From Phallusia mammillata (taxonomy: Eukaryota): a stretch of 64,000 bases of DNA. The stretch lies in assembly GCA_965637545.1 (NCBI GenBank), contig OZ281496.1:29202001-29266000 (forward strand), given 5' to 3'. Shown here piece after piece: positions 1 to 10,900 of the stretch (positions within the stretch are counted from its first letter, which is position 1; each line of letters opens with the position of its first letter). The notes under the pieces are model-generated. The model made no database searches. It was not told the origin of the DNA and saw nothing but the letters and a program-made list of their open reading frames with translations. Both the position numbers and the translations under genes were made by a program.

Positions 1-109
1 TTTTCTAAGTAATTGATAAGAACCAAGCATTTGACAAAATGTTTTAAACAAACAAACTTTTTTTTTTACTTAAATCCACTGCTTTTTAGTCCTTATAATA
101 AAATTTTAC

Positions 110-3100
110 CTGAACAACACACAGTTTGACGACATCTTTGCTTGGTATTTCTTGATCAATTGCGTTTGTGATTAGATTCAACTCAAATCTACGTTCTTCG
201 GTGTCTTTGAGAAGTTGATTATCCTCTCCGTGGCTTAAGATGACACAAATAAAACACAGGTCGCTGTCCAGGACGTTTTGACATTCTGCAAACATGTTTT
301 TATTAACCGTTAATATTTGACGATGTTTGAGACAAGGCCGCATTTGCAAACAAAATGGAGGACATATTACAAAGCGTTTTGTATATAAGAGTCGTCCTGA
401 CGAAATCTTTCGAAGGACATGCCCACATGATCTCTTCCAATTGTATTTGAAAATATTTCATATTACTGAAAGTGAACCCAACTCTATTGCGAAAAAACTT
501 GTTGCGACATGCGTTTTGTACATAGAGTCCCCCTGGCGAATTCTTTCGAAGGACATGCCCACATGATCTGTTCTAATTATGTATTTTAAAAGATTCCGTG
601 TAAGTAAAAGTGAACCCAACTATATTGCGAAAAACTTGTTGCGAAATACATTTAACTAATCCCCACCTTTTCACAAACGCACTCTATCATCAAATCAGCG
701 CACGTAAACTTTGGTCGGAAGGTTATAAACGAGCATAGTTGTGTTTTGTTCACCTGATCTTAAGCTTTTTATCATTTTGTCATAAGCTTGATTTTCAATC
801 ACATGACATTGCATGTTGAGATTTTCTGCAAGCTCCTGTAAACGTTCTACGTCTTTTTGGCTTCCATGCCGATCTTTAGAAACCAGGTATTTCTAAACAG
901 ATGTTAGTCACTTTGGGAGAAAAGCATGTGGCTTTGTGAACCTTTTTTGCAATAAAGTAGTCTATATTGCAGTGACTCTCTTTGATATTGTTTTCAAATC
1001 CGACCCAACAAATAATACTCAATCGTATAACAAATCACACCTTTGGCTAGTCTTTAACAGATAAGGGAACTTTTGTACATTTAGTGTTGTCTTTTAAATA
1101 TCAAGCTGTCTTAAAACTCTAAGACATGGACACGTTTTTTCCCAATGTACTACACATAAGTAACATACAGTATGAGGCTTCGCAATTCGTTTTTATTACT
1201 TTAGTACCCTCATAAAACCGTTTTAACGCAATTGGATAATCGAATGCCGGCCAAGCGAAGTACGGATTAGCAAGAAAGTATGCAATGTCAGTTACCAGTT
1301 CACACCCCACTTTATTTGTATCGAAAATTGCAAAAAAATGCAACGACTTTTAGTACCTCATTGTTAATAATAACCATCCTTCCCATTCCATCTCTTAACC
1401 ACCAGCTCTTCAAAATGCTGAAACAAACAGCTTAGTAAATTGTTTTGGTATTATCTTGATGTGTTGGGCACCTTTTGGATGGGAACTTCGACCAGATAGT
1501 TTCGGCAACGCAGCAAGGCAACTTTTGGTTTGAATTCGACCGTCCCGAAATCCACTTTAGAAAATTGTGACGAGCAATACGGCGATAGTCACTAAAATTG
1601 CAGAAAGGAAATGGTTTATTAAATATTTATCGCAACGCTGCGCGAAGCAGACGATTGCAACTAACTCGTTTGAGAGTTCTCATGGTAGCTTTATAGTGGA
1701 TTGTATGGTATGTCCTTAGAATTACTACTTTTTACCGTATTCATATCAATGGTTAGCCAAAAGTTATGCTATACTTTTTCATAGTCAAACTCAGTGTTTT
1801 TTTACAATAATCACTGTTTTAGGGCATAATGGTCATCGTGCGTCGCTAAAAACTGTTGTGAATCGTCAAAACATAAAACAGTTTGTATAAGGCATAAACT
1901 TGGCCAAATCGTCCAGGGCATCTCACCCTTATAAGTTACAGACATAAAGAAGGAAAGACGGGCAAAATGCAGACTTAAAATATTTACAACAACTGAGTAA
2001 GCTTCAAACATTCAAACAATAAACAAAATGTCTTACTCCTTGGTCAGCTCTGTTTTCCGCTGCTCATTGTCACTGTCTGATACAAACAGATAAACTTCAT
2101 TGAGACATAGATTCTGGAAGATTTGATGCTGCGTAATGCAAGTTATCTCCTGTTCAGCACCAAGTTGCTGCGAAATTTCTTCTACACTTTTGCAACACAA
2201 CTTGTGTTCATCAAACTGATCGCAATTACCACACAAACACCTGTAACACACAGCAAATAAATGCACAGAAAATATGTACTAAAAAGTTTAAATATAATGT
2301 TGACAATAGAGCAACCATTATATCATTTGAGACTTAAATTTGTTAAAGCAAATCAGCATGAAAATTATAATCAGAAATATCGTTGTTGTCCGTGATTGAT
2401 TAAAGTCTACAAGGGTATACAGCTCATTATACACGGGACCAACCTAGTTGCCATTGGATCAATTTAAATTCAAATCTATAATGAGACAATTTAGCACAAA
2501 AATCCAACCTGAAATTTAGTTGTAGTAATCCCATACTGGAGTCTAATCTGTACATGGTTATACAGTTAAAAACCAATTTTCTATGTATATGAAGCAGGAT
2601 CCCATAGCGATTTTACTATTAATCAGTGGTGGCATAGTGATATTAGCTTTGTTCTATGTCTTCCATAGAGCTATAGTGAGTACTTGGTGCAATGTTATGT
2701 GGTCAGTATAGATTTCTAATCAAGCCGTTGCTTGACTGTGCCTTGTGTTTATGGCCCTCGTAAAAGTGTTTGCGTAAACAATCTTTGTCACGTGTGTGGT
2801 CTACTGTACACTATTCAAACCTTTCAGGTGGAAACTCAGTTTCTATGCGTTCCTCGACACAGCAGGGCAAGCTTTTGTCGAGATTTCGTTTCCAAATCCA
2901 TTTCACGAAATTGCTGTGGGCAATGCGGCGATAATCACTAAAATAAAGAAGAGGGATGAAAAAAATCGAGAAGCGAACACAGCGTTTTATTATGTATTTT
3001 ATTACAGATGTTTTCAATGTATACATCAATGTAACAAATAAATATAATCAACATAGTATCTTAATCTGAGGTTGTAACGCCCTGGGCCTGTCAATCAGAC

Positions 3101-4099
3101 TTTCGGGCCTAAACGGGCTTTTCAAAAACGATTCGGGTTCGGGCCTGGCTCGGGCTCCAATTTCAGACCCGTTTACAACTCTGGTCCATTTATTCTGCAT
3201 AAAGGATGTAATGCTGAAATCGTTTTTATCATTTTATATCTTGATTTACTTCCTCTTATTCATGATTATTCTATGTTCTTAATAGCGAAATCGATATAAA
3301 CAAGAGTTTACAACAGTATATATACAGACTGATTCAAGTGAGCTGTTACAGCTGTGATACGTTCATTCATTAGGATTGAAAAGTAGCAGTTTCAGAAATG
3401 GCATTGGGCCACTTCATGTGAGAAGTGGTTATTGATTTCAAATGCGGGCCAACAACAAAAGGTCTAGAATTACTTGATCGAAAACAAGCTATTGTTAAAG
3501 ACTACCTCTAGACTTACTCGTTTGTAATCTCACACTCATTTTGATTATTGTTGCAGCAACTGGCAACAGACACGGCAAGAACAGCCCTTTTGAGGCACAC
3601 ATATTCGAAGTCAGCGTGGTGTGTTATGCAATCAAGGTTTGTTTTTGTTGCGATTTCTTCGGAGCTTTTGCAACAGAACTTGTTTGCTTCCAAATGGCTG
3701 CACTGTCCACAGATACACCTGCTAAAATCGTGCAAATCGTAACCTATGTCCCGAGAGTTTTGTGCATGGTTAAACCAAGTTATCAGGTCAGTAGAACAGA
3801 TACGTTAAATCCATACTTTGAAACTTTACAAGGTTTGGCTAGATTTGGAAACAACAGATAAACATAGTACATGCAAACAGGTTAAAGCTCAAAGAGGTTT
3901 GCTTAGATTTGGAAACAACACATAAACATGGGACATGGCCACAGCAAACAGCTTAAAGAATAGCAAATACATTCAGCCGCCTTATAAAATAGGGGCAATA
4001 TAATTACCTTTTAGCTTGGTCGTTAGCTACTTCATCCGAAACTTGGGCACTCCCTGTATGAGCTACGTTCAAATTCGATTCTTCTTCACTGTCACTCAT
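110..4099 (-). CDS. Gene A: double-ballast caspase family member, 5' part (continues off the left edge)
   Basis: Exons 4099-4008, 3721-3518, 2937-2821, 2240-2037, 1591-1472, 1417-1357, 892-754, 285-110 have GT-AG ends and compatible phases with no stop. Translation: MSDSEEESNL..., ballast 1 (CICGQC..FCC..CITHH..CL / YRRIAHSNFVKWI..LPCCV..IETEFP), ballast 2 (CLCGNC..LCC..CITQH / LPCCVAETIWSKFP), then caspase p20 (GRMVIINNE, DRHGSQKD, CVILSHG, KLCVVQ|). The ACRG exon would lie left of base 1. Confidence 0.87.
402..645. repeat. Imperfect direct duplication (~107 bp x2) in gene A intron
   Basis: TCTTTCGAAGGACATGCCCACATGATCT...AAAGTGAACCCAACT.TATTGCGAAAAA.CTTGTTGCGA occurs at ~402-508 and ~538-645. 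Confidence 0.85.
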
Positions 4100-5197
4100 A
4101 TTTATCATAGTCCAACTTAGCCTAAGGCTTGATAGCATAAAGTGCAAACTTATTCAGCTGCGATAACATAGTATAAGTACTACACAGTCAACAAATTTTA
4201 TAACCTGCCAAGCCTATAAAGCAAAAAAGGCCTATAAAGCAAAGTTTATGCACTACATCACGAAATACCAGTTCATTTTGCAATCACTGTTAAGCTTGTC
4301 TAGCATTAGGACTTACAACAACCGGTTTTATTTCCATCATACCGTTCGCGTTAGGTAAACTTTGTGAGGTTGGGTTTGTGCAAACACGATGGACGTGGTT
4401 CGCTCGATTGTTTCCCTCAACTCTGCTACTAAGGTTTCACTCGCTACACCAAACACTGCTACATGAAACAACAGGCTGGTTTCATGTTACAAAACTGCAC
4501 TGCGAAGTCAGTTCAGCCTTCAAAGCTACCTCATGTTGTAAGCTATCAACACTTTTACTTTTGCAGAAACACTTACGCCCCACATTCAAGTATATGGGTT
4601 TTTCGGTTTTCTATGCATTTACATACAAGTTCTGTGCAATCATTTACATGCAATTTTATTTGCCTAAGTGGTTGTTCATGTCATAAACCTTGATACTAGA
4701 TGCTCAAGTGTTGAAGGGTTTTAATACAAAGCAATTACTTTCATCTGTAAACCTGATCATTTGTCGACGAAAAGGTCAATAAACTTGTGTTGCGTACCAA
4801 CAACACCGTCATATAACCAAATATTTGTCGAAAACGTTTGACTACATTTCGCCGAACTAACGAGTAAAGTGTTTTAGAAACATGTATATGACAGTAAAGT
4901 CCTGTTAAAAACCCTGAAAAACTTCAAAAACACGCTTAAGACAACATAAAATGTTTGGTGTTTAGTGCACTCAATAGTAAGGCAATTTCGCTTTGGTTGA
5001 GCTGTTGTAGAAATCTAGATGTTGCGTTCTTCAATTCGAGTATTGACAGAATAAACATACGTCGTACCAAACCTGGCTAAATTAAACTTCGGAACATCAC
5101 TAACATGCATAGCGTCACGTAGGTGAACAGGTCCGTATCTGGTTTGCACGCAATGTTTTATGCTTCGATAGAACCAACTTAGCCGCATTATCGGTGC

Positions 5198-5252
5198 CAA
5201 GTCAGGTGTAACTGACCACAAGTCAGGTGTAACTGCCAAGTCAGGTGTAACT
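5198..5252. repeat. Three near-tandem copies of CAAGTCAGGTGTAACT
   Basis: Exact 16-mer at 5198-5213, 5219-5234 and 5237-5252. Confidence 0.9.
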
Positions 5253-5491
5253 AAATGCCTTTCTCCCTCTTTTCTCAAACATTGCTGAATGATCTCCGGT
5301 ATATACAAAGTGTAAGAGTTAAAGATTTACACACTTTACTGAGCATTTCTCGTTTATGATGTAGATGGCTGTATTCCATGTCTTTATGCGTATGCTCAAT
5401 GCTTTAACTAGCATTTGCTAAATAAACTTCCAACCATTTAAATGCGACGAGAAAACAGCCACTGAAATCGAAACCAAAAAATCCATTCCTT

Positions 5492-5873
5492 CGTAGGTGG
5501 GCAACGTGCGGCCCGCGGGCCCAGTATTTTCATTTATTGTGCGACCCTTCATCTTCTTCCAGCTATTGTTTTCCCAAATAAGGCTATTTGAGTGTTGATC
5601 ATGTTGGGGCTTTTGCTCTTTCAGTATCCTGTTTAAAGTGCGATGTAACCCATAGGCTACACAGCTACACCAATGCAGTTGAACTCGAAAGGGAAGCATC
5701 TACTGCAAAACAATCTTCATTCATAAAGTTTACTTGTGTCACGTTGTTATGGTGAAGAATTGTTTTGCAGTATCTGGCAACTTCTCTTTCAACATTTACA
5801 TGTGTATCTGCGGCCTCCTGCAGCATTACATTTTCCTAACTGGCCCTTGTGTTAAAAAGGTTGCCCACCCCTG
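5492..5873. mobile_element. Probable hAT-type MITE
   Basis: Left end GGTGGGCAACGTGCGGCCCGCGGGCC and right end AAAAAGGTTGCCCACCCCTG are inverted-repeat-like and resemble hAT (Charlie/Buster) MITE ends. Left terminus degraded; TSD not seen. Confidence 0.5.
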
Positions 5874-7924
5874 TATTTCGTGGTCTAGTCTAGAGCTGAC
5901 CATGACTTTACAGACAGAGCCACATGCAATGCTACTGATGGCTGTGTTGTTGTTTACCCGGAAATACTTACCTGCATGAAACCCGTGGTGGTGTTTCATC
6001 TGTCATGTGTCACTTATCAGTTTTCTGATATGATTAACCAACATGATTAATTCTGCGTGTCACTATTAGCCATTGCCTCGGGTTATATCAGAGCGAAGAA
6101 GGAGTATTTCACTGAGTAGAAGTTTTGCATCGTCACACGTCCTTAAGCAACGCAAAATATTTTATGGTCACTTAAAAACATTCTGATATTAGTAAAAACT
6201 ACGAAATATTTAAGTTGTTCTTCTGAGATGTTTGAATAAAGATTGTATTTATCTATTGCGACATCAACGTTAAATTACAAACTGTAGGTTTGTAACTGAA
6301 GCATTTGCACTGGAAACGTCGTTCACACTTCGCATTTGCCTTGCATGGAAATCAGCAAAAAAACGTTTACAAAACAATACTCAAAAATAGATTTTGCAAA
6401 TTTTAGTCACCATAGACTATTTCTGGTCATGTTTGTGTGTTTTGAAATATTATAAAAAATAGATATTCATCTTGTTTTCGAACGCATCCATCGTTCCCAC
6501 GCACTAAAACAACGTTTGTTTTTACTCCAGGAGAAGTCCACGTGCTTGTAGTAGGTAATTGTTGACGGTTTTTGAACACACATTGATTAAAGCTAGTTGT
6601 AAACATTGGTTGTCAGTTGCCAGTTGTGTCATACATAATATTGACCAATGAACACGTTTGTGCGGCTTTTGTTAGCGGTTAGTATACAGCATGATTCCTA
6701 ACAGACAAGCTAATATTGGTATGGGATTTGGAAGTGAGTCAAGCATATTGTTTAGGATGTAAAACGTCTTGGTTTATTTGCTGCAAGCAACATTGTACTG
6801 ATCGCAGGATGAAATCGTGTTGTTGTTGTTTTTTGAGAATTTCAGAAGCACGTTTAGCGAAGCTTTGTTTGAATATATTTTTAGGCATTTTAAATAACAC
6901 AGTGGTTTGAACATTATCAACTTTATACCTTTGGTTACAGAACTTGTGACAATGTCATAACACTACAAGTTTTACCCTGTGTGTGTGTTGATGTCTCTGC
7001 AACAGCGAAAAACGAACACACTCGTCTGGAGTAACACAAAACGGATTAATACAAGGACATCAACGCAGAATAAACTTTACCCGAAAGGAAATGCAAAGTA
7101 CAACTTCAACTATACATAACAGGTAAACATCTGCTAAAAATCAAAATCTTATTTTTAGGATCGAAACTTACACAAGTCGAATTGGCTTTATCTTCACCCC
7201 TTAAAAGTAAGCGTATCAATTAATTTTTTTTATAGTTTCCGGCCCTAATAACTTGGAATCACGTCTCGTTAAAAGTTGTTTTAGGATCATCAATGATCAA
7301 AAACTTTATAACAGTCGGTTTTCGATTGCTATCAAGTGGTCGGGTTGTTAGCAACCGCCTTATGCTCGCATGACGGTGCTCCAATCGTGTATCGAACTTT
7401 TCATGGAATGCATGTGTATAAGCATGTACACGCAACTTGAACGGTCTTGCCCCAACCTTCTTGTGTTTATTTGAAATAAAGTTACTAAACCCAAACTGGA
7501 AATAATTAACAGAGCTATAAAAAGCAAAAGCCTCATGATGTAAACAACGCATCCCTCAACTGTTGAACAAACAACAATCCAAATAAACACTCTTGCTCGT
7601 CCGAAGGCAATTGTGCAATGTAATTATATGCTGAACAAACCTGAATATTCACATAAAACATAATGCAACAACACAAAAACTTTCCTCATAAAAGTCATCC
7701 GGCATGCAAAAGCAAAAATCAGTTATTTACATGATATAAAAAACATTTTTAAATCAAGGTTACATTTACATTCATAATGTTAAACGATGTAACTGCTTTT
7801 ATAGCACCATTTGCATAATTTTATATACTTGGAGCGATTATATACTTGAAATTATTTAGTAATTCATGTCTATAAAAGAAATTATTCTTGTTTGGTCCAA
7901 TTTAAGCAAACTTTTTTGCTGCTT

Positions 7925-10900
7925 CTATTTTCCATCCTTGGAAAACAAGACTTCACTTCTCAGCTGGGTTTGGGTCCATGGGACAGGATGTTTTTGATCT
8001 GTCATTTTTCGTCTCACCTTGGTCAGTATCTGATCGTAATGAATATTTACGAAAAAAAACGACAAAAATGGATATTTTTGGCGTTTAATTGAAAATGAAA
8101 ACATCGTTTACATCATTTATTGCTTTCAATACATTTTAATGTAATTCTACTAAAATGTCAAAAAGGTCAGTTTTACGCTGCCACAGTAAACAAACCTTGA
8201 ATAGATCGTAATGATCTTGGTCTTGGTCGTTGGTCACACAATGAAGCAGAGCATCGTAAAACGCAGAAATTCCCTTCTGTTTCTTGTTGTCCCTGAAATC
8301 TATACAAAAAAATCTTTAATGTTAACAAAGTTAACTTAAATTTACGAATAACATTAATGGCCGAATGCGAAAACAGGAATTGTCATTCGTCGTTAAGATT
8401 TTGAAATATAAATATATTTCACATTACCAGCTTTATGTGAAGACTTACGTCAGTCACTGCTGCGCCCTTTTTTATCTATCGTTTTTACGCAAAAGTGGAT
8501 ATAAATGAGTAACTGATGATGAGCATTTGCCGAAACGCTTAAGCAAAACAGCACTTTGTACGTCTACTTGGGCCGTTATTATTATCATTGAAGTCATGAA
8601 CGGATGCGTATGTAGTGTTCCAAATGATTCAAAGTTTTTTTTAAAAAAAAAACAACAACAACAACAACATATCAATAGCTACAAGATTCATTATAGTCTT
8701 TATCCACAAGGCAAGTAGTTGGGTGATTGTATTTTTAAGTTTGAAGTACAAGTGTTGTTAACTTATCTAAACAAGTAACAGAAGAATTATTTACATATTT
8801 TTTGCTGGTTCTGAAATTACGGCAAAAACGTTTAATGAATAAAAATAAATGAAAACCGTAGATACCTTCTTCAGAGAAGGTGATCATCACATCAGCGTCT
8901 GGGTGTTGAGGTAAATACCTATCTCCGTTTGATCCAATCGCGTCAGTTTCCACCACCGGAGGCTTCTATTGAAAAAGTATTTGTCAGCTCAATTGTCTGA
9001 AATAAAGTCCAACCTTTCATGGGTGTATCGCTGATAACATGTGCACCCTTTTTTGTAACAACATACCTTTTTCCAATGAAATAAATTTCTTATTTTATGT
9101 ATTAAACTTTTTTGCCATGAGAAAAAGAAGTTTGCCGCTTTTTAGCAAATAGGTAATCTTCTCTTTAAAAATTTTTACCTGTACGAAAAACAGTTTTGGC
9201 TGCCCTTTCAATGCGTCAGCAGGGCTTCTGCCATCGACCGAATCTTCACGAAACAGAGTTGTAATCTCTTTTAAGTTAAAACTGTCGTTGACATAGTTCA
9301 GATCGAATTTGTCCTTCGACTTTGTTTCAGATCTAATGGCGCACACGAAGCATGATATTGCGGTGAAGCCTCTCACATCTGCGAAATATATTTCCTTACA
9401 ATTTGTATGTAAACCTGTTCTTCGACAAGTAGGAAATAATTTATGCCGGTCTAATTTGTGTCATAGACTGCGAATAAATGTGATAAAGTGATTAAGACAT
9501 ACAAAGTAAAAATGTGTTGTCGTAATGAAATAAATCATTTTTATAAATACCAATTAAACATTTGCTCATGCAAAGGATGTTTTCAAAACTTATTTTGATA
9601 GTTTAGAATAATACGTATATCACCGACTTCGACCAGGTTGAAAAGTCTAGAATTAAAAAAAATACTTACAGCTCTCAATCTTGTTTAGTAAATCCACTTT
9701 ATTAAACTTAAATGTTTTAGTTTCTTGTCTGAGTTCAGAACATGGAGTTTTGATGTTGCTTTCTTTAAACCCCCACAACTTGGCCACGAGTCGGAGGGCG
9801 TTGATGTCTTCTTGAAATTTTCCCTTAACAATACAAACACAGTAACTGTTGAAAAACGTTTGGTAATGTAAAGTCAGATGGTTGGAATTAGTATACCTTG
9901 TGGCACAAATATTAAAACACCAGCATTAAATTACCTGATCCGCTACAATTACGAAAAGGCCACCCCTTTTCATATCTGTACTGTAAGTGGAAGGCCTGTT
10001 TAAGAAAAACAGTTAAAAGGTGCTGCTATTATTAGTACATTCAAGAAAACGCACGGAACAGTTTCAATTGTTGTTTTTAACTTGAGATGCAGTTCTTTTG
10101 TCAAGCGAGTTGTGCTGGAAGCTAACAATCTGTGCGGTTCGTTTTCGCGTTGTTCCATGTTGCGTTTCATGGCGGTTAGAGCCTATTCACCAGAAATATC
10201 ACGTACAAAAGACAATTTAAAACCAAAAGAAAGGAAATAACCTGCATGATTTCCAAGCCGTGTGATTGATTGAAACTTTTGCACAACTCATCAATAAATG
10301 GTGTACCCTTTGTTCGGTTACGAGTTCCTGCGTGACCTTAAAAATGTTTTGTACGTTTTAAACTCGGTTCTGTGTGACAAACTTACTTTTGACTTCTTTG
10401 TCGTATTTTGGTAATTGTTGTAATTACTACGCAATGGTAAAAAATCTCACTTAATAAAGCTCACCATAAACTGAGCAGTATGTGATCAAAAAGTTTTCAT
10501 CTCCCGGATCTTCGACATGTGACACATCCTCGTTTCTTACTGTAAAATTGTCTCCTCTACACGCCTAGGACATACACAACTTGGTTGTTAAATTATTTTC
10601 AAAAATTACTCGCATGGAACTGTTATTTGTTTGGACAAAGCTGATTTGCCACTATTTTAAGTTGGGTATCAATGCAAAACTTTTGTTTTACCGCATTTAT
10701 GTTTCAAAGCATTATTAAACCAAAGTAAATTAGGTTAAGCCTTTTTCATTGCAAACCATATCTGTTTTTTTCAATTTTGAATGCCCTCATTACTTGTTCA
10801 TGAAACATTTTAAACGAAATAAGGGATTTTTTTGATCAACCCATCCTTCGAATACTTACGTAACCAACATGTCAAAATTTACCTGCACAAAACACAGTTT

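Noticed and set aside
2811-2821. Stop after ERFE* ending a stand-alone ballast gene
   Set aside because: AG|GTTTG at 2821 is the same phase-2 donor used by all paralogous exons; the stop lies in the intron.
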